In this document: piece by piece, positions 12,161 to 24,999 of the stretch | Position numbering within the stretch: position 1 is the first letter of the stretch | Layout of the letters: every line of letters begins with the position of its first letter | Assembly (NCBI RefSeq): GCF_018977255.1 | Contig: NW_024704742.1 | Span: 50,222,001 to 50,286,000 of the forward strand | Direction: 5' to 3' | Length of the DNA: 64,000 nt | From: Callorhinchus milii | Lineage: Eukaryota | Position numbers and translations under genes: made by a program | The notes under the pieces: model-generated | What the model was told of the DNA's origin: nothing | The model's input: the letters and a program-made list of their open reading frames with translations, nothing else | Database searches by the model: none

Positions 12161-13044
12161 TCAATCTGACATTTGGATGTTGTTAGACAAGCTGATGGAT
12201 TTCTGGATGCGTCAGCCAGTTGACTCACAAAAAAATCATTCTGTTCCCACTGAAGAGGACCATGTTATAAACAAATTCCTGTTCAGATCTTTGGGGTTTC
12301 TTCACATACTCCTTTCAAAATGGTGTGATGAGTAGGACAGGGGTACACCCTTGCTGTAGTAACATAATTACATTATTTTAACTGCAGAAATTCCCCGAGC
12401 ATTCATTACAAACCAATGTGTCAATGTTTGTTTTATTCTGTGTGGGGGGAAGGAATACAAATATATTGATAAATTGTGATCAATAAACTGACAATTCAAC
12501 AGTCAAGTTGCACCAAATCCATTAACATCTGATTAAATTATTACCCTTCAGCCTTGTACTCTGGTGTGAATGAAAATATGTGCAGCGCTTAATGAATGAT
12601 GATTTGTTGGATACATGAAGCCAAATCCCAAGTACGCATGCTGCAGAAGCTGTTTTATAAAAATATCTTTCTTTCTTTATGTTGACTAGTCCCCTGAAAA
12701 TTGCATCTACTTTTAAGAAAATGTAGTTTGCTTCTTTTTAAATGACGTGCAATAATAGGATGGTAGAGTATACACAATCGTCTGACCTCATGTGCATTTT
12801 TTTCCATTGGCATCTATTTTGGGTAAAGCAGAAATGGTTTAGCTTTGGAGTACAGTGTTTTGCTTTTACGTTCATTTTTTGGTTACCCTTGTGTACAATT
12901 GTGACATTTTTATACTTTGCACAAATCATAATATCCCAGTCAGCATAAAAGATCTTCTGACTTTTCATGCACAAGCACTCATTATTTATGAGAACAGGTC
13001 CCTGATTACTTTGTACCTTCAAGAAGGAAGTTCATTTCCTTTTT

Positions 13045-13312
13045 GGTCAGCCAGATGTCTGATACATGCGGAAATCCATCACCATGCTTAAGAGTATCCA
13101 AACCAAGCTGAGATTTCCATGCATCCTATCTATACATGGAAATCCCAGATAGATTGTTGGAATGGAATGCGCACTCTCTCTCTCTGGAAAGATGCATCCT
13201 GCTTACCTAATTCCAGAAAGTATTAGGCGCAGGTTTGGGGACCCCAGAACGTGTGTTGGGGTAACTATTGGAGTCTAACCAACTGAAACCACTCAGCTTG
13301 CCATTGATATTC
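13045..13312 (-). repeat. Copy of unnamed structured dispersed repeat
   Basis: Reverse complement aligns with 63690-63930, for example CTCAGCTTGGTTTGG(A/G)TACTCTTAAG(C/T)ATGGTGATGG. Confidence 0.85.
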
Positions 13313-15259
13313 CAAAGAACTTCATATCTTTGGAAAGCTAACTTGAAAACAATAAAATACTTGAGCCTGATGGTCCTGACATAAAGCAAGTCATTCGAAT
13401 TTTGAACCTATCTCTTAATGGGATCCCTTGAACACAAGACATTCCAGAGTGATTGGATTAACTTGTGAGAAACCCAAACCTGTCAGTAGGAGCTGAAGAG
13501 TAGCACCGTCGCGATGTTTTGCTTCCTGACATGTTTTCAGAGTTTGCTGGCCAGGAATTTGGGAATTAGCTGAATTACGAATCTCACAATCCAATGTTCA
13601 GAAACCAGAAGATGTAATTAGCATGTAGCTTCCCATTTTGCAAGTCTCAGATTTTCAATTGCAGTATTTTTAATGAAAATTCAGTACACAACTGGATATG
13701 TCACTTACAGACTCGTAATACACCAGCTGTTATGTAGAGTTACATAGAATGATATGGCACAGAATCCGACCATTTGGGCCAACTTGCCATGCCAATGTTT
13801 ATACTTTACATGAGCTACCCCCCTGCCCCCCATATTACAGTAGACCTGCTGTTTGGTATTGTATTCGCTGCAGATCGCGAGCCTCCCATCTTTTCTGTAT
13901 GCCTGAACTTTCCTCTTCTCCTCCAGTATCTCACATGCCTGGCAACAGTTGCTATACCCGTGCTCAAACAGCTGAGCTATTTGAGATGGTACAGCAAGCC
14001 GGATGGAGTCGAAACAGACAGATGGAGAGATAGGTGTTTGTAAGCAGACACACAGATAGACCAAGTCACCAATAGAAAGACCAAACAGACAGATACTTAG
14101 ACAGACACACAGACACACACAGACATTCCACAATAAATCTGCAGGCTCATAGTCTGAAAGTTGCAGTCGCAATATGTTTCATTGACTTTCGATATGGTTT
14201 ATTTTCAGCCTTGTGGGTTTTTTTGCAGACGCTGTCAGCAGTTAGTTTGGAGCCTAAAAAACACTTAAGTGCAGAATGATGATGCACTTGGCCCAAGGCA
14301 GAGAAAAAGCAAATTACAACACTGAAAATGTATTGTTCAGGAGAGAAGTGCATGAATATCTGAGACAGATGCCAACTAGGGAATTCCCTATGTGAGGGAA
14401 ACCTGCTATTTCATTCAGCAAAATGAACAACAACAACTATTTACACTTAAGTCCTAATCCGAACAAACAGCATATTAACAATACTTATATTGTCAGGGGC
14501 ACATCTCAAAAAGCTTCACAGGAAATTACTGTGAAATATACTAACTATGTGCAAGCAAATAATTATTGGATAATAAATGATTGAACATTGAAACAATGCT
14601 GTGCAGTGAAATAAAGTTTTCTCTGGTAAATAATTGGAGTTGCATTAACAAATATAAATTTCAATAGGAAACATTTTGCCCAGGCTTGAATGTTGGATTG
14701 TTAGTGGTCTGTTCTGTTACCTGCTAATGTCATTCACTGATGACTGTTGCTTACAAAATGTACCATTAGGCGAAAACCATTGTTTCAGGCTGAAACATTA
14801 ATCCTTATTTCAGTTTTCATTGCTGTAAGATTTCAGAGATGGGCCATGGAATGTTTATGGCACAGGAGGTCATTTGGCTCTCTATGTCTGTGTTCATGCT
14901 ATAGCTTCCCCAGTGGAGCTGTTTTAATCCCATTTCTAACACTGTTTCCTTATATACTAATATATTTATTCAATTCCCTTTTAAATTCTGAAATTCTGGA
15001 ATAAGGCATTTGGGGGTAGAGCATTTCATAGTCAAGTAACACTCAAATTTTAAAAAAATACTTTTTTCTTCTATAAGAAAATATTGGACTAAATTTATTG
15101 GGTAAATGTGAAATGTTTCATAAATGAATCAAAGTGACAATTATCACATGAAATCTGTTGTGAAATGTAGTCAACTTTTCAAAACTGTGAATTAAATTAA
15201 CCATCCCTTCTTTATTAGACCATGTAGAAAGAATCTAATGTTGTACACTAGCAAAGCCA

Positions 15260-15972
15260 GCATTGCCTCTCCCACTGGGCTGCCAAGATCTTCACCCATA
15301 CCTCCATTATTTCCAGGCTCAATTATTCAAATACCCTGCTCTTTGCACTCCACAGCTCCTCTTTACACAAGCTGCAAATCATCCAGCACTCTGCAGCCTA
15401 TATCCTCCCACTTGCCATACTCCACAGTCGAACACCCCAACCTTGTCTAAAAATACACACAGCCCATCACTTTACAGTATATCCTGTGAAGCATTTTGAG
15501 ACATATGAATGATGTGATAAGGCACTATATCAATTGCAGGGATTTGTATTATTATTATCCTTGCTCAGCTTGACTGGCTTCTCATTCCCCAGTGGATTGA
15601 ATTCAAAATTTGCATTGTCCTTTTAAATTCCTTCCACAATCTTGCTCCACCTTACCTCTGTGATCTCTTGCCTCCCTATTGTCCTGGCTGCTTCCTCTGC
15701 TTAACACATACTGGCCTGCTTCAAGTCTGCTGTTTGACATGCTCCACAAATGAGCTTTCACCCATTCTGCTCTCAAGAATCCTATCCCAAATTCCCTTTG
15801 CCCTAATCTTACCCTCACTCAAAACTCGCCTTCAAAACAACTGTGCTTTCAATCCCTGCTTTTCTCCCACCTCCTTGTTCGACCTCCCACCCAGGTCATA
15901 CTCCCAGTCAGCTATGTGAAGCACATTGAGACATCCTGCTAATATGAAAGGCGCTGTACAAATATAAGTTGT
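15260..15972 (+). mobile_element. Old L2 fragment with an inserted SINE tail (about 15452-15558)
   Basis: Degenerate ACAAGCTGCAAATCATCCAG, CTGGCTTCTCATTCCCCAGTGGATTGAATTCAAAAT, and tail TGAAAGGCGCTGTACAAAT. Confidence 0.7.
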
Positions 15973-17184
15973 TCTTAGTGCATATGCATTCTAGAGATCT
16001 GCACAATTCCCACTCATACAATGATGCTGTCAAATGTCAGGAGCCAAAATGTCTTCATAGCATTACAGTATTTAATGACCGACATTTCACTGGGTTATTC
16101 AAACTAGAGCATGCAATGAATGCCAATTATTGATGCCAGTAATTACTGGTTTCTTTTTATCTTCCCCTTTCCTTTTTATTAATCATTCAAAGAAATAACC
16201 TCACAATATGAATACTGAAAGGGCTTGTGACATGTAACATTCGGTGTAACCAGAGGGCAATGTAGTATGTTCCAGTAAAAATTAAATGAGGAAAACAAAC
16301 TGGTATTTTGTTTTTCTAATTCTGCACAGTATCGAGTGCGCATGCATCATAATGTGTCGGTAATGTGGCAAAGGATATCAGCGGCTTCGAGATAAAAGCA
16401 GTCACTTATTTTGGTTATATCTGCTAATTCAAAGATGTCCAACTTGTGAGTATTGTTAGACTTCAATCAAATAGAAAATTGTGGGATTTATAAATGAGAT
16501 TCAATGTGCCAATTGAGACTTCAGTTTCGGAATATCGAAAGCCATTTCATTTGTGATACCCACAAAACAGCAAATTGTGATTTCTAAAAGATTACAAAGT
16601 ACACAAACAAAGATTGGAGAATAAATGGCTGGGATTTTGCTCTCTGGTCTTTTTTAATGGATGTTGGAAATTGCAATTAGTTGTTTTGTAAATACAAATA
16701 TGCTAGACAAACACTCCAGAGCAGGACTGGTGGAGGATAAGCATTCAACCCAAGTACCATCTGCCTGTTTTTTTCAGGTGGATGCTAAAGATCCCATGGC
16801 ATTATCCCATGGCATTATTTCTCCCAGTGTCCTGTACAATAATCCTCCAGATAATAGAAATTTCAGAACAAAAGAGAGCCATTTCACCCATGAAGCTCAT
16901 TTGACCACAGGCTATGTATTAGAATTTCCCCTAATCCCACATTCCTGCCTTCTTGTCTTTCCCACAAATGTTTATTCACACATTATCTGTCTATCACTCT
17001 TAAATCAACTACCTATGGCTTTTGAGGCAGTGCATTCCACATTTTTATTACTCTCTATGGCATTAAATTAATAAAATCAGTCATTCACCTCATGGTTGTT
17101 TGTGGCACCTTGCAAAATGTCTGCAGTTTTTGCCCCAAAAGACGTTCACTATACTTGACATGAATTACTGTAAAGTGCTTATCT

Positions 17185-17448
17185 ATGTATATTCCTGGCA
17201 GTAAGTAGGAACCCAGTTGTTAGTCGTTTGGTGAATCACTTTCCTGGAGTAATAATTCCCCCCTCCACCCCAAAAAATGTGCCACTCAATCTACGACTGT
17301 TTGTGGGACACTGCTGTGCACAATTGGCTGCCACATTTCGCCCACAAAATACACAGTCAATCCATTTTATAGTACATCCTTTGAAGTGCTTTGAGACATC
17401 TCAACAACGTGATAAGGCGCTGTATCAAATGCAAAGATTATTATTATT
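17185..17448 (+). mobile_element. 5'-truncated tRNA-Ala SINE (long form)
   Basis: GCAGTAAGTAGGAACCCAGTTGTTAGTCG...GCGCTGTATCAAATGCAAAGATTATTATT. Confidence 0.85.
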
Positions 17449-17838
17449 AGACTGCCATAAAACCACAAGTTGTTTTTTCAATGTGACTCTGTATACAGGA
17501 AACAACCAGAAACCAGAATGTTGTCTATTTTACTTCATGCACTGTTTATGCTTTAGGTTTTGAGAATGGGTAAAGCAACCTCTGAATAACCTCAATGGAA
17601 TGCCTCTGGAATTTTAAGCAAAATATATCTATATCTTTGATAAGAAACAAATTCAACAGGTCAAAATCTCTCCTTCGTGCTATAAACTTTCTATGATTCT
17701 AAGGCTGTAAGTTAATTGTTTATTTGTATAATTTGATTTGTGCTTATCTCTTATCACTTATCATCAATTGTTTTGACGTTGATAAAGTAAAGGCATTAGT
17801 TATTTACTATCAGATAGAATTTCAATTTGTCGCATGTT

Positions 17839-18050
17839 GGGTGAGAAATTCCTCCTAAATCTAGTTGTATTCTATATACGTAGCATTTTCGAGTGTCCAG
17901 AATTTGGTAAAATCTTATATACAGTCTTAATTTTTAAGATGGTTTTCGGTAAGTTTCCTTTACAGAAATCTGATTTCAAAGTTAAGACTGAATTCAACCA
18001 TTCGCCAAATTGTGAAGCTCTGAAATGCTACAGAATTAGAGTAAATCTAC
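17839..18050. mobile_element. Palindromic MITE-like element (copy 1)
   Basis: Arms GTAGCATTTTCGAGTGTCCAGAATTTGG (from 17880) and CCAAATTGTGAAGCTCTGAAATGCTAC (to 18031). A homologous copy lies at 55945-56165. Confidence 0.65.
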
Positions 18051-18485
18051 ACTTCATCTCCTCATTCATGTTTAATTAATTCCATTAGTCTACAAGAAAT
18101 AGGGTTCAGTAATGAACATGAATGTTTCAAAGTATTTTGTAGATGTACTGTTCTAAAAGAGCAAATGCATTCATTGCTTCCCTAATTGCACTCAGATCTA
18201 AACATAATCATAATTTACATCAAAGGAATAATGCCTATTATATTCTATTGCATTAATCCTCCATTGACCAGTTAACAGGCAAAGTTCATGTTATATGACT
18301 GTGTCCTTGAGTTAACCTGTGGTAAATCAAAATTCTGCTTGATTTCCTGTTCAATGAGCTATTCACTGCAAAGCTCTCCACTCACAAACAACAAAGACAT
18401 TGTTATGATTCATTGTAGTTCCTCTTCAAAAAGTCAGTGTATGTCTTGTGTGAGTGAAACCTGCATCATTCGTTCTTTGACTTAC

Positions 18486-18561
18486 CACAGCTAAATCAAT
18501 AAGATAGCAAGAACCTGAGAACCAGCTATGTTCTTCATCAAAAAACCTTGTTCCAATATAT
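18486..18561 (-). other. Candidate 76-nt exon (YIGTRFFDEEHSWFSGSCYLIDLAV, phase 2 to 0)
   Basis: tctgtgccttag|ATATAT...GCTGTG|gtaagt: consensus donor with an open frame. Confidence 0.25.
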
Positions 18562-18578
18562 CTAAGGCACAGAATGGC

Positions 18579-19125
18579 AACAACAATTTACATTCATATA
18601 GCAGCTTTCACACTCGGAGGATGTCACAAAGTCAATTAGGATCCCACACTGGTGTAGGAATTGTGGGGGAAGAGAGATGCGGAAAAAGGTGCCAAAAGCA
18701 TGGTCAAAAAAATCGGTCAATAGGCAGGCTTTGAAAATGGAGATGGAGGTAACAAAAGTAGAGGGATTCTTGGATGGAGTTTCAGAGAGCAGAGTCAGTC
18801 TCTAAAAGGTTACCCAATGAGGGTGAGATGGAGCGGGCAAGGCACATGAAGCAGTTTAGTGTTTGCTGAGTGGAAGAAGTGACTGACCCGGTAGGATTGC
18901 AGGACGCTGTAGAGATAGGGTAGGCCAAGGCCATAGAAGCATTTGAATGTGAAGATAAGAATGATGATTTTGATCTGCTGAGGAACGGGAAGTCAATGGA
19001 CTTCCATTGTAAGAATGGGGGTGATGGGCTCACTGAACCTAGTGCAGGAAGGATATAGTCCAGAGTTCTGGATGGTCTGAAGCTTGTTTGGAGAGGAGCT
19101 GGGAAGTCCATCGAGCAGGACATTT
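18579..19125 (-). mobile_element. Old L2 3' fragment
   Basis: CAACAAC tail; degenerate LLDGLPSSSPNKLQTIQNS translation. Confidence 0.8.
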
Positions 19126-19159
19126 GAGTGACTACCCTCCTCGGAATGAAGGAAAGGGG

Positions 19160-19397
19160 CGGGGGGGGGATCTCCTTGGAGTTGAACTAGCTCCAAAGTG
19201 ACATGTTTGGCAACGGAATTTCATAATTTAGCCGCCCTCTGTGGAGGCCTTGGTAGTTTATTTTCTGAGCCAAGAGGGTCTGGAAAACTCCAGGATACTG
19301 CTGATGACAGCCCAGCCAGCCTGGCGCATTAGTAGGTTTTGGAAGGCTAACTATGGGATTCCCAAGCCTTGGTTCTTGCTAACCTGTGTCTAATAGC
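19160..19397 (+). repeat. Copy of unnamed structured dispersed repeat (internally deleted)
   Basis: GTGACATGTTTGGCAACGGAAT...GAGCCAAGAGGGTCT...CTGCTGATGACAGC aligns with 63425-63575. Confidence 0.8.
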
Positions 19398-19437
19398 CTC
19401 TGAGACAGAAGGTTGTGGGTTCAAACCCCATGTTGGT

Positions 19438-19605
19438 ACATGTACAGGAGACATGGAGCAGGCCAGAGCCCTCTGAACGGAGGTAGCAGACAGGTTGGTA
19501 GGGAATCAGCAGGTTAGAGTGGTAGGAGGGACCAAGACCATGGATGGCCTTGAAAGTGAGGACAAGGATCTTGAACTTGATCCTCTGAGGGATGGGGAGC
19601 CAGAC
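19438..19605 (-). mobile_element. L2 RT C-terminal fragment
   Basis: WLPIPQRIKFKILVLTFKAIHGL in ORF 19390-19632. Confidence 0.85.
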
Positions 19606-19614
19606 ATCCCATTC

Positions 19615-22130
19615 CAACAACAACAACAACAACTTGGATTTATATAGCGCCGTGCACGCCGGACGGCATCTCAGAGTGTTTCACAGTGATGAATCCCGGG
19701 GCCGAGCCAGGGGGAGGGGAAGGAAGGTGACCAAAGGTGAAATCTTGAAATCGATCCTCTCTGGGATAGGCAGCGAGTGCAGTCTAGCAAGGACTGGGGT
19801 GATCGGGGAGTGGAGTTTGGCATGGGTGAGAATGCGGGCGACAGAGTTTTGGATGATTTGGATTTTATGGATGGTAGTGGATGGGAGATCGGCGAGGAAG
19901 GCATCAGAATAGTCCAGCCGAGCGGTGACAAAGGCATGGACCAGGGTTTCAGCCAGTAGTGGGCAGAGGAGGGGGAGCTGGGTGACCAGCAAGTTGGTAG
20001 GGAGGGGGTCGAGGCAGCAGGTGGTGGGTTTCATGGAGATGATGGTGGGTGAGAGGGAGGAGGGAGAGATGGGGAGGAAGGAATGTAGGATGGGGGAAGT
20101 GGTAGGAGCAGATAATGGGGAGGGTGGGGGGGCAGAGAGGGCATGGTGGTGGGTGACAAGAGGCAGGTGGGTGAGGCTGCCTGGCGGATTTTGTGAATTT
20201 TAGATGAGAAGAAGTTCATGAACTCCTCGCACTTGGCATTTGATATGAAGATTGAGGAGGCCTGAGGGGGGGCACGGAGGAGGTAGTGGGTGGTGGAAAA
20301 AAGGACTTTCGGGTTGTGTTTAGTCTCCAGATGATGTTGGAGTAGAAGGCCGTTTTTGCACATGTCAAGGAATGGCGGTAGCTGTGGAGATGCTCGGGCC
20401 ACAGTTGGCGGTGGACTGTCAAGCCAGTTTTCCGACATCTGCGCTCGAGCAGCCGGGTTTGGGTTTTTAGACGGTGGAGATGGTTGTTGTACCAGGGTGA
20501 TCGGGTAGAAGTGAAGATGGTCCTGGATTTCAGGGGGACGAGGGAGTTGAAGGTGGAGGAGAGGTGATTATGGAGCAGCTGGACGGCTGCTTCAGGATCT
20601 CCACGGGTGGAAGGCCAGAGGGATAGGATGTTTGATGATGAGAAGGCCTTTGTGAGGGTCTGAGAGTGTAGACTTTCCCAAGGGTGGTAGAGGATAATTG
20701 ACGGCTTGGTGGAGGAGAGAGGGATGTGAGAGGAGAAGGAGATGAGGAAATGGTCTGAGATGGCCTTGTCCACAATGTTGAGGATGGAAATGTCAAGGCT
20801 GTGGGTGATAACGAGGTAAGGGCATGACCACGATTGTGGGTGGGTGAGTTAATATGAAGGGTGAGGTTTAGGGAGGATTGATTTCAAGATCCTCATCCTC
20901 ACCTACAAGGCCATTCACGGCCTTGCTCCCTCCTACCTCTCCAACCTACTATCCCCCTACCTACCTGCCCGTACCCTCCGTTCCTCTGGCTCCGGTCTGC
21001 TCCACGTCCCCCGCCCCAACCGCCCTACTATCGGTGGTCGGGCCTTCAGCCTCTCAGCCCCCAGGCTCTGGAACTCCATCCCCCAGTGCCTTCGCCTTGC
21101 TTCCTCCCTTTCCTCCTTCAAAGCCGGTCTCAAAACCTTTCTCTTTGACCGTGCCTTCAGCTCCCCTCTCGACTCTCTTCCTCCTCCTCGCTCCCTCCCT
21201 TCCCTCCCCTCACCCTGACCATTTCCCCCTCCTCTCTCCTCCCTTCCCTCCCCTCACCCTGACCATTTCCCCCCTGCTCGGGTCATGACCCAACTGTGCA
21301 GCGCCTTGGGACGTCCTCCTGACGTGAAAGGCGCTCTATAAATGGAATCTTGTTGTTGTTGTTGTTGTTGAGAGGAGGGCCGTGAAGTCGGCAGAAGAAG
21401 TGCAAAGGGAGTTTAGGTGGCGGTTGAAATCGCCCATTTTATGCAGTCGCTCGGAGCAGAGGGACAGGGAAGAGAGGAGAATAGAGATGTCTGTGAGGAA
21501 GGAGCCGGGGGGCTTAGGGGGGACAAGGAAGATTTTCAATGGGAGAGAGGGGTGGAAAAGGGTGAAGTGCTCAAAGGAGGGGAAACAGCCAGAGGAGTAA
21601 GGGGTAAGACCAAGGGAGGCTTTGGAAATGAAGGCCACCCCGCCGCCACGTTGGGTTGGATGGGGGTGTGGTGGAAATTGTAGTCTGGAGGGGATGCTTC
21701 CACTAGGGGGACGGAGTCATTGGGGGAGAGCCAGGTTTTGGTGAGCCCATGGAGGGCATTGTATGTGAGGACCAGGATCTTAACTGGATCCTCTGAAGGA
21801 TAGGGAACCAATGGAGTCGGGTGAGAGTGGGAGAGATGGGGTCATGGAGTTTGGTGCGGGAGAGGACACGGGCTGCAGAGTTCTGGATTATCTGCAGCCT
21901 GTGGAGGGAGGAGTTGGGAAGGCCGACAAGCAGGGTGTTTGCATAGTCGAGCCTGGAGGTGATGAAGGCATGAACAAGAGTTTCAGCGACCTGAGGGGTG
22001 AGGTAGTGGCGGAGTCAGGCGATATTACGGAGATGAGGGAAGGCAGAGCGGATCATGGCTTGAATGTGGGGAAGAAAAGACAGTTGAGGGTTGAACAAGA
22101 CACCTGGGTTCCTGACTGTCTTGGTGAGTC
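19615..22130 (-). mobile_element. Composite, internally deleted L2 (endonuclease, linker, RT C-terminus, tail), interrupted at 20878-21370
   Basis: Endonuclease motifs LTKTWL, MGDFN, SDHFLI; linker PWYN; MKPTTCCLDPLPT joined directly to AETLVHAF; (CAA)n tail at about 19615-19633. Confidence 0.9.
20878..21370 (+). mobile_element. L2 3' end, young, inserted in opposite orientation into the older L2
   Basis: Nearly identical to the reverse complement of 3199-3690. (TTG)n tail at about 21349-21370. Confidence 0.95.
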
Positions 22131-22287
22131 TAATTCAGTTGGTATTCTATAAAAGCAAGTTGATATCAGGATGGTAGGATAAGTAATCTTAAAGGATGAT
22201 ATGAAAGGGGCTGAAGGCCCTTCTTCATCCAAACCTTTCATGTGATCCTGTGATGTGCTATTTCTACCACTGTTGATCAGACCAAAA

Positions 22288-22470
22288 TACAACAACAACA
22301 ACAAGATTGCATTTATAGAGCGCCTTTCACGTCGGGAGAATGTCCCAAGGAGCTGGACAGTTGGGTCGGGTCCCGAGCAGAGGGGAAATAGTCAGGGTGA
22401 GGAGAGGGAAGGGAGGGAGTGAGGAGGGGGTAGAGAGTCGAGAGGGGAGGTGAAGGCACGGTTGAAGAGA
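22288..22470 (-). mobile_element. L2 3' UTR fragment
   Basis: (CAA)n tail plus GCGCCTTTCACGTCGGGAG and the G-rich UTR. Confidence 0.9.
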
Positions 22471-22473
22471 ACT

Positions 22474-23507
22474 GGCCATGGAATAAATTCATTATCTTCA
22501 TTCTAATCTTGGAATGAAACCTGATACAGTAATGCCATCAAGAGCAAGTGAAAAGAGAAGACTGACTGGGTTACTGCCTATACAGTATACACAAGATATT
22601 GAATTTTTTAAAAAAGGTCTTACAATGTAAGCCATTCTGTTGAGGCTGACATGGTGTTCTGTCTGTACCCAGTTAATAATTATTCACTGACATTCTGCTA
22701 TTTCATATCAGATTCCATGTCATCAAATTTATTATAAAACATAACATATTGACCCCATTACTTCGCCTTGGGACGTCCTCCCAATGTGAAAGGCGCTTTA
22801 CAAATGTAATTTTGTATTGTATTGTACTTCAGTCCTAGAATATAGGAATTGCTAGGTGAAAGAAGACCAAGGCCCATCCAGTTGCCTTCCACCATCTTAA
22901 CAGCTGTATACACATGTCATGTCCCAAAATATATACTGTATCCTGAGATATTATTTCCTTACAAAGTTCCATCTAATTTGTTCTTGAAAAGAATCAACAT
23001 TTTCTGCTTCCACCATCTCGAGGGAACGCGCGGTGTTCCATACATTTACTACAACTCACTGAAGTAGTGTTTCTGCAGATTTGCTTTGAATTTGCCCCCT
23101 TTCCATCACAGTCCTATTATTTGGTTGATTAAAGTATATAATTCCGTTTCCATTTTTGACACAACCTTTAAGTGAGACCAAGGTGTGCGTTTTAGAATAT
23201 AAAATAAATCTGAAAATATTACTTTGTACCAGTAATAAATCACCAACATGATAAAATTCCACATGCAATGTCCACCCCAGTTATATATCACTGAATATTT
23301 ATATTATCTTGCGAGATACTATATCTCGTATATTATCGAGATTAAATTAACGAGATTAATTATCGAGATGAAATTAATTTTCTTTTAAGGCCATGGAATA
23401 AATTCATTATCTTCATTCTAATCTTGGAATGAAACCTGATACAGTAATGCCATAAAGAGCAAGTGAAAAGAGAAGACTGACTGGGTCACTGCCTGTACAG
23501 TATACAC
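22474..23507 (+). repeat. 119-bp direct duplication (22474-22592 and 23389-23507)
   Basis: GGCCATGGAATAAATTC...CAGTATACAC occurs twice with 3 substitutions. Confidence 0.95.
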
Positions 23508-23763
23508 CCAAGTAAACATAGTTATCACTTGACTCGTCCTGGCCCTTATAGGAACAATGATTATCCTTAGTGTTTATTTTCCATCAGGCCATTTGTCATT
23601 TTCACCACTGTAATCTTACAGACAACATGTCTCCCTATCCATTACAGCATATGCACTCTTGATATGCTGTGCATAAGAATATGACAACAAACATTCAATC
23701 TGGAGCAAGCTTTTTCAAATCTTCCTTGGAAACAAAGCATACTTTGAGTGGAATTGTACGTCG

Positions 23764-23898
23764 TTGCAAAGCTGTGGATACTCTGCATTATTTGATTCAT
23801 TATGCATCATTGCAAAAAGCTGTGGATAATCTGCATTATTTGATTTATTTATGCATCATTGCAAAGCTGTGTATACTCTGCATTATTTGATTCATTTA
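23764..23898. repeat. Tandem repeat, about 46-49-bp unit, about 2.8 copies
   Basis: TTGCAAAGCTGTGGATACTCTGCATTATTTGATTCATTATGCATCA repeated. Confidence 0.9.
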
Positions 23899-24999
23899 TA
23901 ATTTTTTGCAGTAGAAAACACGGTGCGACCAAACTGATATCAAGTACCAGTTAATTCCACAAAATACTTTGTAAATTAACCATTCATAATTAATTCATAA
24001 TTCAATTTTGTTTTATGGCAATCTACATCCATCTCACTTAATTTAAGGCTGCAAGACTTCAATATAATACAGTATATTCATACACTGCTAATTTTATTCA
24101 CGCTTTCCCTGGCATTTCACATGTTGCAGGCCAGAGCATGACTGAAATGAATCTACCAGGATTTTTTTTATTGTATTAAAAAGATAAAATATTAATAGAA
24201 AAGGCATCAACTCCCACAGTCTGGGGAAGTCACAGGATTTGCCTTCAGCAAACTGCCACCTTCATCACATCACAAGCTTGTCTGCAGTAGCAAGCTTCCT
24301 CATCTCATTTATTCTGAGCATTCATATATATTTTTTATGTGGGGTTCGTTGTGAATAATTGGATTACGTTGTTATTGTGTAACCTGTTTAAAAATAAAAA
24401 TGAAGTGGATTAAATAGCATCGAGTGTGTTACTGAACAAGCTTTGCTTCCCAGTTCACATTTCAGTGCTGGAACAATCTTATCTTATGTGTCATGTTGAT
24501 AATGGTCTATTTATCAACCGTGTACTAAAGGCAAATTTCAGGCAGTGCAGATTACTGATTGTTTTTTATATTGAAACTACCTTTATAGAACATAACAGTG
24601 TCATGTTGCATTCCTCTATCAGGTACCTGAGTTTAATAACAGGAGCCATGCTGATAATAGGATCCTATTGTAACTTTCAGTAACTTTTAAAAGATGGCAT
24701 AATAAATGTACAAGTCGATACTCTGGCAACTTGAGTTTAAAACAGGCGAGGGATATGGAGCAGGCCAGAGCCTGCTGAGCGGAGGGAACGGACAAGTTGA
24801 CATAGCAACAGACGGATAGGTAAAAATTTTTAGCTGCAGTTCGGATGATGTTAACCAGATCAGAAGTTATATTATTCCTAACTTTCACTCTTTTACCATT
24901 TTGTTTACCCACATTAGAAACATAAAACAATAGAGATTTACAGCACAGAAGAAGGTCATTCATCTCATTGGGTCTGGATTGGATAAAATAACCTTGGTA

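Noticed and set aside
13705..14172. 155-aa minus-strand ORF or exon at about 13846-13976
   Set aside because: The ORF includes simple-repeat and CR1-tail sequence, the donor is weak (gtctac), and no homology is recognised.
23764..23898. CRISPR-like array
   Set aside because: Contiguous tandem units without unique spacers, in eukaryotic context with no cas genes.
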